64,000 nt of DNA, from positions 1 through 64,000 of the IMG/VR virus record IMGVR_UViG_3300021197_001243; one strand, written 5' to 3'. Both the position numbers and the translations under genes were made by a program. Positions 38,243-49,062 of this stretch are shown here, piece after piece. Each line of letters begins with the position of its first letter. The first letter of the stretch is position 1. The notes below the pieces were generated by a model that ran no database searches, was not told the DNA's origin, and saw only the letters and a program-made list of their open reading frames with translations. The stretch is from a virus.

Positions 38243-40270
38243 TTAAAAGGTCGTGGTTCCTTTCGGTTTTGTACCACCAAATAAAAGTCCTAATTCTTCT
38301 CCTCTGGCTGCAGAGTTATCTAAAATACCTTGAACTACTGCTCCAAGAGTTTCAGGTCGCTGTACAGCCTTATATACTTGGTTTGTCCTAGAATTTTTAT
38401 ACTCTATACGAACATAAGATTCAATATTTCCATGAGAAGGATTTCTTCTTACTTTATATGTGTAATCTATATGTGTAACACCATTAGGCATTTTTCCATC
38501 AGTAATAGGATCTCCTGTTTTTGTAGGTTTAGGATAATTTATAGTTTTTGAAGCATTAGGTTTACCTTGTGCAATAAGATCGGATACAGCCCCTAGTCTT
38601 TTAAACTCTGCTAGAGGTTTAGATTTGTCTCCTACAATAAGATTAAATACGTCCCCATCACCAGACGTATATGTAATCTCCATTCCTCCTGCTAAAGGAC
38701 CTCTTGCAGTTAATCCATTTATTTGAACTGTAGCCTCTGTATCTCCTCCTTGAAGGGCGGTTATAATTTCCTTCTGCCAATCCTCATCTAAATCCCAAAA
38801 TTTACCATTAAATGGATTCCAAGTATCGTTTCTTTCGTCAGCAATTTGATCTCCCCATTCATTTAATGTTAATGGAGTATTAGTGGGATTATCTATATCT
38901 ATAACTTGTAAACTAGGAGAGTTACCTAATACTTTTTTCATAGACTCTATTCCTTCTATTCTAGGAGCATATACAGTACCTATTTGTACTGCAGGATTTT
39001 GTACAATTCCTTCCCAAAGTTCTTCAGAGTACTCTCTATCTGTTTGACCAGGTAGTCTAGGTACTACATTTGCATACTCCTCTCTAAGATATTGAAGTTT
39101 ACCTTCTGTATTTCCTCTAATATTTAAAAGGTCCTTTCCTTCTGCAATTTGCTTTCTTACTCGTTTTGTAGATTCTTCAAGAGTAGATGGTCGAGTCTTA
39201 CCTCCCCAAGGATCTTTTTGTTGGCCTGGTATAATAGAAATTTTACTGCCATCAGGATTAAAATGCTCATCAAAATCAAGATTTTCTGTCTCTGGATCTA
39301 TATCAACAGTTTGTCTAGATTCTACTGGAGTACTTGTTGGAGTTTCTTGATCTGCTAAAGCTTTCATATAAGGGCTTTGCATATATTGAAGCTTAGATCC
39401 TCTTTGAGGTGCAGCTGCTGAGATTAAATCTTGAAATAGTACTTGCTGTGCTTCTTGTGCATCATACAAGGTTCCTGTAGCATCATTAACTGAAAGTTGT
39501 TGTAATGCTCTCATTTTTTGTAGACCTTCTGCACTATCCATATACAAAGGTAATACAGCCTCTGCAACTTTTCTTATTTTATTTCCTGATACTGCAGATC
39601 CACTTTGCAACATGAACATTGCTTGTTCTACAGGTAAGTTAAGATTAGCTGCTACTTGCTGTAAAAGAATAGGATCATCTGCAATACCTTGCATTAGTTG
39701 CCGGGCTTTTTCTTCTGCAGGGAGTTTATTTTCAGATAAAGGTTGATATACACCTTGAGTTTCAGTGACATGTGTATCAGTTACATGCTCAGTTATAACT
39801 TCTCCTGTTTTAGGATCTCTCATAGCAAGTCCTGTTACTGGATCTATAACAGGTTTTTCTCCAAAATCGTAAGATTGTAGCCCATTAGCTCTACGCTGCG
39901 ATATAACTTCTAATTCTTTTTGTCGATTTTGCCAAGACTCTACAGCGTTAAGTACCTTTTTATCTGTCATAAAATCTGTTACAGAATCAGATACAGCCAT
40001 AGATCCAAACTCGTATGCTCCAGAATCTACAACATTTGACATAGTATTTCCTACTCTCCCTCCAAGATCTTGTACAGTATAGCCATCTTTTTTTAAAGTT
40101 TGGACAGACCCCATAGCTCTTTGTAGATTATCATACTCTGCTTTATTAGTAGTATATCTATTTGCTAAGGTTTCAGCAGTTTCTTTACGACCAAGATCTA
40201 CAAACATAGATTCATACTCAGGAAATTGTATTCCTCCGTATTGATATTTCAGCTTCTCTTTGTAATCCAT
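38243..40270 (-). CDS. internal virion (cargo) protein
   Basis: 675 aa, no Cys seen, N-terminal KYQYGG; lies between cargo 1 and the vRNAP. Confidence 0.7.
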   Translation of the reverse strand: MDYKEKLKYQYGGIQFPEYESMFVDLGRKETAETLANRYTTNKAEYDNLQRAMGSVQTLKKDGYTVQDLGGRVGNTMSNVVDSGAYEFGSMAVSDSVTDFMTDKKVLNAVESWQNRQKELEVISQRRANGLQSYDFGEKPVIDPVTGLAMRDPKTGEVITEHVTDTHVTETQGVYQPLSENKLPAEEKARQLMQGIADDPILLQQVAANLNLPVEQAMFMLQSGSAVSGNKIRKVAEAVLPLYMDSAEGLQKMRALQQLSVNDATGTLYDAQEAQQVLFQDLISAAAPQRGSKLQYMQSPYMKALADQETPTSTPVESRQTVDIDPETENLDFDEHFNPDGSKISIIPGQQKDPWGGKTRPSTLEESTKRVRKQIAEGKDLLNIRGNTEGKLQYLREEYANVVPRLPGQTDREYSEELWEGIVQNPAVQIGTVYAPRIEGIESMKKVLGNSPSLQVIDIDNPTNTPLTLNEWGDQIADERNDTWNPFNGKFWDLDEDWQKEIITALQGGDTEATVQINGLTARGPLAGGMEITYTSGDGDVFNLIVGDKSKPLAEFKRLGAVSDLIAQGKPNASKTINYPKPTKTGDPITDGKMPNGVTHIDYTYKVRRNPSHGNIESYVRIEYKNSRTNQVYKAVQRPETLGAVVQGILDNSAARGEELGLLFGGTKPKGTTTF

Positions 40271-40274
40271 TATG

Positions 40275-42623
40275 TTATACTTGTGATGTGAATGCTACAT
40301 ACGTGTCGTGCGCAGATGCTCCTGGATTTTCTTTTTGATACTTTTTTGCAAATTTTTCATAATTGTTAGCATAGAATCTATTCATTACTCCTGTATCTCC
40401 CGCAGCAGCTTTTGCTTGTTCTTCCATTGCATAGTATTCTAAAGTATCTTTTGCCATACCCCTAGCTACATCTCCGTAAGCTTTTAATTTATTGTTTTTA
40501 GATTCAAGAAGTCTAAGAGCTTCATTTCTTGCAGATACTGCATTTTTATACTCTATCTCTGCGTTTTTATATGCTGTTGTATCTTTTCTTTCGGCATTCT
40601 TAAATGCTTCTGCTTGTCTTATATCAGCATTCAATTTATTAATTCCAAGTGCCATTTTTTCTTCTTCTCTCATAAGACCTATTCTAGCTTGCTGATATTT
40701 TCCTGCTTTTCCTGGCCCTGTACCTGTATTTATATCTCTTAACATTGCTCTACGCTCTGACTCTCTTCCTCCTTTAGTTGGATCTTTTACTGAAGGTAAA
40801 TATATCTGATCTGGAGGCGGAATAGAAGCTACATTTAAAGGATCTACTCCTTCTTTAGCATTCATAGCAGATATAGTAGCAATTTGCCCTGCTGCACCAA
40901 GTGCTGCTATTCCATATGGAGCATATTTATTAAACTCTCCTGTAGATTTGTCTTTAACAGGAGGTTTAGCAGGTCTTTTTCCTGAACCTGTAAGTGTGCC
41001 AGCTCCAAATCCAGGATACCCTGAAAGAGGTGATGCACCAAGTGGCCCAGTTCCTGCCGTGTAAGACATAGGAGCTGACGACCATGCTGAAGTTGCTGCA
41101 GGTGTAGATGTAGAGGCTGCTCCAGGCATTGTAAGTACTTGTCCTGGCTGTATTCTACCAGGGTCAGCACCTATAAGAGCTTTATTAAGATTATATATCT
41201 CATTATAATCTGCTATTCCCTGCGCTTGAGCTATACCAGATAATGTATCTCCTGATTGTACAGTATATGATCCGGATTGATACTTAGGAAGACCTCCATT
41301 TCCAAATCTTTCAGGTTTATTTGTATCCTCTGCTTGACGGTTCATTAGGTCTCTGATAACCTTCTTTTTCATGTCTCTAGGGAGATTCATTTTTTCAACT
41401 TTATCTCTAGCATCAGCATAGCTTGGAGATTTTTTATTTTTTCCCTTTTTACCATCTATCCCTCTATGCTCAGAGAACATATAAGTACCTGATTTTACTC
41501 CACCCTCTCTTAGAATCTCTTGAGTAATATCAGTTTGATCGATCATTTCTCTGTTTTCCACTTCTCCTTCTGCCATCCCTGACTCTTCTGGTACAATTTG
41601 AGGTCCTCCATCTTGAGGATCACTGTTAAAAGCTACTGGAATACCACCTTGTTCATGTGTAGGTCCATGTACTCTACTAAGTCCTCCTACTCCATACTTT
41701 TCCATGTACATAGGACCTCCAGACTTCATTTTAGGTAAGCCTCCATCTCTAGATAGTCCAGATCCTGCACCATAATAATTCATATTAGAATATCTATCTA
41801 AGTTTTGTTGCCTTTTATCTGCCTGACGTTGTTTATAAGCCATTCGATCAGCCACTCTTTCGTCATATGATTTACCTAAATTTCCTTGTTTAGCTTGATA
41901 AGAAGCTTTAGCTCCTTCAGAAGCAGCCATTGTAATAGCTCCCGCTGCAGCAGGAATCCAAGCAAGTGGACCCCATGCAGCTGAAGTTGCCATTAATCCA
42001 GATCCTACAGATGATGCTGCAGATGAAGCCTTTATTTTTTTATTATACCTTTCAAGTTCTCCTCTAGTCTTTTTATCATAATAATTAGAGGGATCATCAA
42101 TTTTACTACTTGACGCAAGATTTGCTATTGCTCCAACTGTTCCTGGTACTGCGCCTAAAGCTGTACTTGTTATTTCCCCTTTTGTCATTTGTTTAGGCTT
42201 GGGCTTTAATGCATCAAGGGTAGATGCGTCTGAGTCTTTTCTTTGTCCAAAATTTGTGTCTTCAGAAAAATCTTGAAGAGTCCTTGTATTCAAAGTGGTG
42301 TCCAACCCAGAGTCGTACCCCCCGTATAAATTATTAAAAGTTGTAGATCCTGGAGTATAATTCCCAGAAAGGTACCCAGAAGATGAAGGGGCTCCTCCAG
42401 TCACACTTCCAGTGTCAAATCCATAAGTATTATTACCTGTAGAAAATCCAGATGTACCTAAAGTGCCTGTACCAAATGATCCCGTAGGAGAAAAGCTAGA
42501 GCTTCCAAGTGCTGGTGTAGGAGTTACTACTGGACCAGCACCCGCTGTTTGGTATTTTTTAAGAGGATTTTTTTTAGATTTCTTCTTAGATTTTGCCGGG
42601 GATTTCTTTTTAGAGTTTCTCAT
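40275..42623 (-). CDS. internal virion cargo protein with glycine-zipper TM segments and a LysM domain
   Basis: 782 aa; LysM SYTVQSGDTLSGIA...IQPGQVLTMP (~41125-41270); GPTHEQGGI motif; AWGPLAWIPAAAGAITMAA hydrophobic segment. Confidence 0.78.
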   Translation of the reverse strand: MRNSKKKSPAKSKKKSKKNPLKKYQTAGAGPVVTPTPALGSSSFSPTGSFGTGTLGTSGFSTGNNTYGFDTGSVTGGAPSSSGYLSGNYTPGSTTFNNLYGGYDSGLDTTLNTRTLQDFSEDTNFGQRKDSDASTLDALKPKPKQMTKGEITSTALGAVPGTVGAIANLASSSKIDDPSNYYDKKTRGELERYNKKIKASSAASSVGSGLMATSAAWGPLAWIPAAAGAITMAASEGAKASYQAKQGNLGKSYDERVADRMAYKQRQADKRQQNLDRYSNMNYYGAGSGLSRDGGLPKMKSGGPMYMEKYGVGGLSRVHGPTHEQGGIPVAFNSDPQDGGPQIVPEESGMAEGEVENREMIDQTDITQEILREGGVKSGTYMFSEHRGIDGKKGKNKKSPSYADARDKVEKMNLPRDMKKKVIRDLMNRQAEDTNKPERFGNGGLPKYQSGSYTVQSGDTLSGIAQAQGIADYNEIYNLNKALIGADPGRIQPGQVLTMPGAASTSTPAATSAWSSAPMSYTAGTGPLGASPLSGYPGFGAGTLTGSGKRPAKPPVKDKSTGEFNKYAPYGIAALGAAGQIATISAMNAKEGVDPLNVASIPPPDQIYLPSVKDPTKGGRESERRAMLRDINTGTGPGKAGKYQQARIGLMREEEKMALGINKLNADIRQAEAFKNAERKDTTAYKNAEIEYKNAVSARNEALRLLESKNNKLKAYGDVARGMAKDTLEYYAMEEQAKAAAGDTGVMNRFYANNYEKFAKKYQKENPGASAHDTYVAFTSQV

Positions 42624-45600
42624 CGCGCTTGGATTCTATACAGAGCTTCTGTGTTATACAAATTTATCAAATTATTATCAAGGTTATTGCATATAAGTCT
42701 AAATGCTAAGAACCTATCTATAAACTTACCTCGTTCATTCCAAGGTTTTGTTGTGTCTATGTACGCAGTATTTAATACTTCATTCATTCCTTCTACATTA
42801 AACATAGCTAAAGATACCGATGTAGGTACGGGTGCAGGAGATGTACCTGCTACTGTAGTATTTACAATACCGTAGTTACTGCCTGCAAAAGGACCAGTAT
42901 AATAAATAGAAGCATCATCTACTTCTTCAGACATGTCTCTAAACTGATTTATTTTCCAGGATCCTCCTGTTTTTCTTGTGTTTATAAGGTACTCTAAAGG
43001 AGAGTCTCCAGAGTTTGCACTAGAGTTATAAAGTATAAATGAGGTAAATCCTGCATTAAGGTCTTTAATATCTCTTCTACCAGATGCTTGAGGTTCAAAT
43101 ACATCTGCTAGCCAGTTAAGACTGTAGAATAGTTTATTCTGTCCAGACTGTAAGTTATGTACAATCTCTACTTCAAAGCTATAGGTTGTTCCATAGAACC
43201 TACCTAAAGGTGATGCATTAGCATGTCTATAGATTCCTCTGTCTACAGCCACTGACTCTCCTCTTATGAAAGAGTAAATGTCTATACCAGAGGTACTATA
43301 CATGTACGGAACATAATCATGGAAAGAAGTCCAGTTCCCTCCTTTTCCTTGTGTACCATCCATAGTGAAAGATGCTGTCCATCCACCTTGCGTAAAATAT
43401 TGAGAGTTATCTGGAGTTATTTTAAGTTCACTCCAAGGACCCATTACTTCAGCTTCAGTTCTTCCAGCTATATAATAAGAGCCATTTACCCATATTATTC
43501 CAGAGGTATTTGCAGTGGTAGCAGCTAAAGTGCTTTCAAACACTCCTGAATAGCTAGTTATAAACTCTTCTGTAGGTATAATATCTCGTTTTGTAAGTAG
43601 AACTCTAGAGTATCTTTCATCCCATACTGCATGGAATCCCATACCCTCTATAGGACTATCTATCATACCGTCAAACCCATAAGCTTCTAAAGCAAAAGGT
43701 ATGTTTTCTTGTAACCATCGTTGTAACCCGAAAGCAAGAGCTGATAAGTCTACAGGAGTCGCTCCTGCTGTTAAAAATATTTTCCTTGTTTTAACATCTA
43801 CAGAAAAGTATCCAAATGGAGTTACAATAGATGCTCTTTGAGCTCTTGTACCCATGTACCCTGTGTCAGCCATTTTAATCTCATCAGGATCTTGAGCAAA
43901 TAAGTCTCCACTACCTACATAAGCACTTGTACCGTCGTCAAGCTTCATTTTCTGCTTACCCTTTGTTCTATATAGAGTATCCTCCATATGGAAATAAAGG
44001 AGGTTGTCAGCACTTATAAGTTTCCAAAGTTCTCCTTTATGTGTAGGGAGTTCTCTGTACTGGTCCACTCTAAAAATTCTAAATGTATCAATGATACTAT
44101 CTCTCTGGAGTTTATCTGATCTTATAACTCTTGCAGGGTGCTCTTCAACTATATCTTCAGTTATAGGCTTAGGTACAACTGCTTTTACATTATTTACTAA
44201 AGAGTAGGCCTCATTATACTTCATGTTACCCGTCTCATCATCAGGGTTATAGCTAAGATCTACATCTGCTTTAATCTCTAATATATCTGCAGCAGACCCT
44301 CCTGGGAAGTACATACTATTAGGACTTTCAATATGTCTGAAATTAATGTTATCTGTAGACTCTACAATTGTAAATACTACAGACTTTAAATCTCTACTGC
44401 TAGGAAAGTAATTATGACCTCTTCTTTGTTCTCTAGAAGTCATTCTATACCCGTACCTACAGATATAAGTATCTCCTCCAAATATTCCTTCTTTTGTAAT
44501 AGTTGAAGTTTGAAAATCTGCAGGGTTATCCCTGTAAGTTTCTCCCACTACAAAATTATTAAAGGCCTCTCCTACTACCTCATATCCGGTCCATACAAGA
44601 TCTTGCACATCGAACCTATCATAGATATCAGTTTTAAATGCTTTAAGATTTGCCATATGCAACTGTAATCCTGTATCATCTCTGTCTTCTGAAGGAGCGT
44701 AACCGTGACTTGTGGAAGGGTCATTTGTAGTATACCCATAATAACTTATTTCATCTCCATTTACAGGTTCAGAGTTAAAATCGTCATACTGCCATCCTGG
44801 AGCATCATTTCCAAATCGCTGTGTATGAGATATTAATGAGAATGGAAATTGAGGTCCTGTAAGTTTTAATGCAAGTAGACTTTCTCCTCCCATATTATAA
44901 ATATCTCTTTCAAATCCAAAAGGTTTTGCTTTTAACCACTCTCCACCATTTACAAATCTTTTTGCTTTGTTTGATATAACGCAGTTTAGAATTACATTTT
45001 TAGGTATACTTTGATTTCCACTACAGAAAAATGCTGTGTAGTTTTGGGGTTCTAGACATGAACTATCTCCAGTTGAAATATCCTCATCTGCTTCTACTTC
45101 ATCATTATAAAAAGTTACATTCCCTTTAAATTGGAACATATCTAAAACATACTGCAGTTTTATATGTGTAGCAGAACTTATATTCTTTCTACCGTTTAAT
45201 AAGTAAAAGTCATGGAAAGAGTAAGTGGTAGGTATAAAATTATTATAGTCATGGTATAAATGTCCAGGTATGCCTGAAGGATACCAATATTCCGACTTAT
45301 CTACTACTGCATTTTCACTACTTTCTCCTTTACACCCTGCAGTATCACTATCAAATTGTGGTGACATATAATGTAATGGAGATTGTCCAAGTACAGTTCT
45401 ATTAGGATGTGTTCTATCTGCATGATATATTCTAAATCCTTGGGCTTGATCTGCAATAGATTTAGGAACTTTAAGATTACCTAATTCAAATCCTAAAGCC
45501 TGTACTTCGTGCTCAAGATTAAGTCCAGCATCACTTTCATCTAGTATAGGAGTACACACTGCCCATGCTACCCATCCTGGACGTTTATCATTATTCTTTC

Positions 45601-48094
45601 TTGGAAAACCATTGTCATCACTTGGTCCTGGAGGATCAAAAGTAGTCTCTACTACGGATTGGTTTTCACTTCCCGCAGTAGTTGTTCTTCCATATCCAAT
45701 ATTTCCACAGCTTTCTGCAGTCTGTCCAAATCCAGACAGTTGCCTTCTCCATCCCACCATAACATCTTGGTTTTCCGGTGGAGCATACCCATTGTATTTA
45801 AAGTCTACTTCTTGAACATTTAAACATGGAGGTCCTGGATAATATCCAGTTTGATTTGTTTCTACAAAGTTACCTGGGAGATCATAAGGATAACACCATT
45901 CAGTGTCAGGGTTTATAGCCCCATCATACCATTTAATCTCTTTACAGTCAGAGCACCAAGACCAGCAAGGTCCATCATTTCCACAGTATCCTGCTCCGTA
46001 GTACTCTGCAGAAAGAGGATTAGCCATAGGATTGCCTGGAACAAAGCATGTATCTACATCATTTTCCCAAGGAGTTTGTGTGAATTGCATTCTTCTATTA
46101 TGAGGATCCCAATCATTAAGGTCTGAAGCTGAAGAGGTTTCATTGAGGCTAGTTTCAGAAAAATTCCAAATTTTTACAAAATCTGAAGGTTCATCTGGAA
46201 CACCTGCTCCACCACTACCGTCTGAATCGCAATCTCTCATATAAGCAAACCAAGACCAGTATATTGTAACTTTTATACCTGTATTGGTCCCATCAGCAAT
46301 ATCTGTAGCATTACTACCTGTTACAGTTGTTCGAGTATCATTATTATTACTTGGGAATCTATGGTGTCTTACATTAAGTTTACGAAGAGAGTCATAAGCT
46401 ACATTAGGATTTTCAGCATCTACTACATCAAAATCTTCAGAGTCTGGATAGAACTCATTAAGGTTATTCCAGAAGTTCATATTATTACTAAGTCCTGTAG
46501 TAGAAAGGTTTCCTACAAATGCAGAAAAATCATACCATTGAAAAAAGTGAGATATAGGATTTTCTGCTGATCCTGTAATATTCATTATAGACCAGTTAGT
46601 AGATCCGCTACCATATAAAGTAGCATCCTCATCTATTTGATCATTAACAGGGTAGTTACCTGTCCATTCCCCCACTACATCTCGTTGAAGCTCATTTACT
46701 TGAGAAACAGGTACATTCTTTAAAGGTGCTCTACCTGGAATATGATAAGCATAACTCATACTCCCATCTTTTAAGATAAAAGCTATGTAAAATGCATATA
46801 CTTCTTCTCTTGTATACCCCTTGTATTTAAATATGTTATTTGCATCTCTATATCCTTGAGACCTATCATGAATAAAGATTGAATCTTTCTTTTGAAGATT
46901 TGCAGTACTTAGTTGAAAAGGATCAAAAGGACTTAAAGATTTTACTACAGATGTAAGGCTTATAAAGTTTGCATATTTCTGATACCCTAAATCTACTTTA
47001 GACTTTAAATTTCCTAAGTAAAGAGTACCGTCAAGCTGTGTAATAGTTTTAGCGTGTGTGTACGATACAGTATCAATTGTTACTTCTTCTACAGAAAATG
47101 CCTCTGAACCTCTATCTCCAGAAAATACCACCTCTATTTCATAGTCCTCTGTAAGAGTGTTATAGTGATGATCAAGTATTTCTATTTCTGGTAACTTTCT
47201 TGCCTGTCTACCTCCTCCTATATCAAATACCACTGCAGCATTTAGATATCTATAATCAGGGTTAATGTTAGTTACTTTCCACCGTATAGTTTTACCTGAA
47301 GGTATTCCTGCAGGAGCTCCATCATAAGAATCAATAGGACTTATACCTTCTGGTGCAGGCACTATAGACACAGGATTTACCACTGTTACAAAGTTTGTAC
47401 TTGTAAAATCGTCGTCTTTATATCCAAGTGCGAGGTAGTAAACTCCTGTTTTACAATCCCCTCCCATATGTATTTTTACTTCTTCTACGTGAGGTACGGG
47501 ACCTGTATTAGGGAATAAGTCTAAAACACATATAGGATCTGGGTTTTCAGTCGTATTAGGATTTACTCCGTATATATAAGTAGTAGGGCTTTCTTTTTGA
47601 CGTGTAATATTTAATGTACGTGGAGGATTAAGATCATCTGTCCAGTACATTACAAGGTCATTATCTCCCTGCTCTATAAACTCACCTTCAATAGGATTTG
47701 AAATTTGAAAGTTAAGAGTTCTTCCTATCGGGGACCATGTAGGGTCAGCATTCTCTTCATCAAGTCTTAAAAGAGGATTATAGTCAGAGTTATAGTATAT
47801 ACCTATTTCACATCTTTTATCAAGAATAGTTGTAGGATTATCTACAATTAGAAACAGTACAATTTCATTATCTGTAAGAGGAATTGTTCCAATTACAGTA
47901 CTGTACTCAGGTAAAGAAGCCATTAAGGTATTTCCCTCTTCATTAGAAATTGCCCCCAGGCTTCTATTTAAGATTGCATTTTTTGCATATCTAATAGTTC
48001 CTGCAGGCTGATCTATATGAGAAGTATCTTTAAAGAGACCTTTAATATATCTTATAGATGAAGCTGATTGCTTTCCCTGTTCCTGTTCAGCCAT
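42620..48094 (-). CDS. tail stabilisation / muzzle protein (P22 gp10-like)
   Basis: 1824 aa; KGLFKD...YAKNA...NEEGN N-terminus, YWTDDLNPPR, LYLGNL, FGGDTYI, WTSFHDY; usual position before cargo genes in crAss-like phages. Confidence 0.85.
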   Translation of the reverse strand: MAEQEQGKQSASSIRYIKGLFKDTSHIDQPAGTIRYAKNAILNRSLGAISNEEGNTLMASLPEYSTVIGTIPLTDNEIVLFLIVDNPTTILDKRCEIGIYYNSDYNPLLRLDEENADPTWSPIGRTLNFQISNPIEGEFIEQGDNDLVMYWTDDLNPPRTLNITRQKESPTTYIYGVNPNTTENPDPICVLDLFPNTGPVPHVEEVKIHMGGDCKTGVYYLALGYKDDDFTSTNFVTVVNPVSIVPAPEGISPIDSYDGAPAGIPSGKTIRWKVTNINPDYRYLNAAVVFDIGGGRQARKLPEIEILDHHYNTLTEDYEIEVVFSGDRGSEAFSVEEVTIDTVSYTHAKTITQLDGTLYLGNLKSKVDLGYQKYANFISLTSVVKSLSPFDPFQLSTANLQKKDSIFIHDRSQGYRDANNIFKYKGYTREEVYAFYIAFILKDGSMSYAYHIPGRAPLKNVPVSQVNELQRDVVGEWTGNYPVNDQIDEDATLYGSGSTNWSIMNITGSAENPISHFFQWYDFSAFVGNLSTTGLSNNMNFWNNLNEFYPDSEDFDVVDAENPNVAYDSLRKLNVRHHRFPSNNNDTRTTVTGSNATDIADGTNTGIKVTIYWSWFAYMRDCDSDGSGGAGVPDEPSDFVKIWNFSETSLNETSSASDLNDWDPHNRRMQFTQTPWENDVDTCFVPGNPMANPLSAEYYGAGYCGNDGPCWSWCSDCKEIKWYDGAINPDTEWCYPYDLPGNFVETNQTGYYPGPPCLNVQEVDFKYNGYAPPENQDVMVGWRRQLSGFGQTAESCGNIGYGRTTTAGSENQSVVETTFDPPGPSDDNGFPRKNNDKRPGWVAWAVCTPILDESDAGLNLEHEVQALGFELGNLKVPKSIADQAQGFRIYHADRTHPNRTVLGQSPLHYMSPQFDSDTAGCKGESSENAVVDKSEYWYPSGIPGHLYHDYNNFIPTTYSFHDFYLLNGRKNISSATHIKLQYVLDMFQFKGNVTFYNDEVEADEDISTGDSSCLEPQNYTAFFCSGNQSIPKNVILNCVISNKAKRFVNGGEWLKAKPFGFERDIYNMGGESLLALKLTGPQFPFSLISHTQRFGNDAPGWQYDDFNSEPVNGDEISYYGYTTNDPSTSHGYAPSEDRDDTGLQLHMANLKAFKTDIYDRFDVQDLVWTGYEVVGEAFNNFVVGETYRDNPADFQTSTITKEGIFGGDTYICRYGYRMTSREQRRGHNYFPSSRDLKSVVFTIVESTDNINFRHIESPNSMYFPGGSAADILEIKADVDLSYNPDDETGNMKYNEAYSLVNNVKAVVPKPITEDIVEEHPARVIRSDKLQRDSIIDTFRIFRVDQYRELPTHKGELWKLISADNLLYFHMEDTLYRTKGKQKMKLDDGTSAYVGSGDLFAQDPDEIKMADTGYMGTRAQRASIVTPFGYFSVDVKTRKIFLTAGATPVDLSALAFGLQRWLQENIPFALEAYGFDGMIDSPIEGMGFHAVWDERYSRVLLTKRDIIPTEEFITSYSGVFESTLAATTANTSGIIWVNGSYYIAGRTEAEVMGPWSELKITPDNSQYFTQGGWTASFTMDGTQGKGGNWTSFHDYVPYMYSTSGIDIYSFIRGESVAVDRGIYRHANASPLGRFYGTTYSFEVEIVHNLQSGQNKLFYSLNWLADVFEPQASGRRDIKDLNAGFTSFILYNSSANSGDSPLEYLINTRKTGGSWKINQFRDMSEEVDDASIYYTGPFAGSNYGIVNTTVAGTSPAPVPTSVSLAMFNVEGMNEVLNTAYIDTTKPWNERGKFIDRFLAFRLICNNLDNNLINLYNTEALYRIQAR
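42659..42666 (-). promoter_or_regulatory. candidate Bacteroidota -7 promoter element TAAATTTG for the cargo operon
   Basis: perfect TAnnTTTG 35 nt upstream of the ATG at 42623, inside the end of the muzzle gene; no clear -33. Confidence 0.45.
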
Positions 48095-48096
48095 TT

Positions 48097-49062
48097 CTAG
48101 AAATTATCTGATGTAAATTGTTCTCTATCGTTTAAACTTTCAAAGAATGTAGAGTGAGCATTCACGTCTGGAACTAGCCTCACCCACTGATTCATAAAAG
48201 ACTCGTACTTATCAATATCTGGATAATTTGCAGAGTTACGTGCTTGTGTGCAGTAGTTTTGCCACATAGCTTCTGCGTACTCGTATCCAAGTTTTGGATT
48301 ACGTCCAGGTATACCTTGTAGTAATAATTTCTTATAGATGTACCAAAACATTGCCTCTCTAAAAGAAATGTCATCCGGTACAAGAGGATAGCACTCTTCA
48401 TCTGTAGGGAATGCCATATAGCTTATGCAAAGTTTACCTGTTGCAAAAGAAGTTTTAACATATCCACAATCTATAATATAGGTATCCTTATACTTTACAG
48501 TTGCATTTACACATCCGTCACAATGGATACTATCATGAAATGTAGAGGCACCATACTGTAAAGGAGATAGACAGGATCCTCCAGTGAAGTATACATTACT
48601 TAATACAGCTATTCGAGAGTTTATTTCTCTTAACTGCTCAGTATTTGTTTTATAGCGTGTATCAAATGTATCCATATCTTCCGTCGTAAGTGAGGATACA
48701 TATCTCCCACTCTCCGTTCTTGATACTAATTGGTTTACACTGTCATAGTATGTACCTATATCTGCATTAAGTGCATCTATTTGTTTGTTTAAAACATCTA
48801 ACTCATTATTTACAGTTGGAGATACACAAGTATTTACTGCTACCTGATTAATGTAGTATAGGTCTCCTGGTAAGCATCCTTTATGGTCAGCAATATCTAT
48901 AACCACTTGTTTTTGACATAGCTGAGGAGCAGCGCCTATATGTTCTAAAGCCTCTCCAATCCATTCTACAGCATCATGTACAAAGTCAGCAGTATTAGGT
49001 TTGATGTCCCTGAATACTTTCCTAATAATTTCTTTACTGGATACGTTCTTATAGATTGCCAT
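48097..49062 (-). CDS. tail ring (tubular, P22 gp4-like) protein
   Basis: AVEWIGEALEHIG, TSFATGKLCISY.AFP.DE..YPLVPD, YCTQA. Confidence 0.78.
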   Translation of the reverse strand: MAIYKNVSSKEIIRKVFRDIKPNTADFVHDAVEWIGEALEHIGAAPQLCQKQVVIDIADHKGCLPGDLYYINQVAVNTCVSPTVNNELDVLNKQIDALNADIGTYYDSVNQLVSRTESGRYVSSLTTEDMDTFDTRYKTNTEQLREINSRIAVLSNVYFTGGSCLSPLQYGASTFHDSIHCDGCVNATVKYKDTYIIDCGYVKTSFATGKLCISYMAFPTDEECYPLVPDDISFREAMFWYIYKKLLLQGIPGRNPKLGYEYAEAMWQNYCTQARNSANYPDIDKYESFMNQWVRLVPDVNAHSTFFESLNDREQFTSDNF

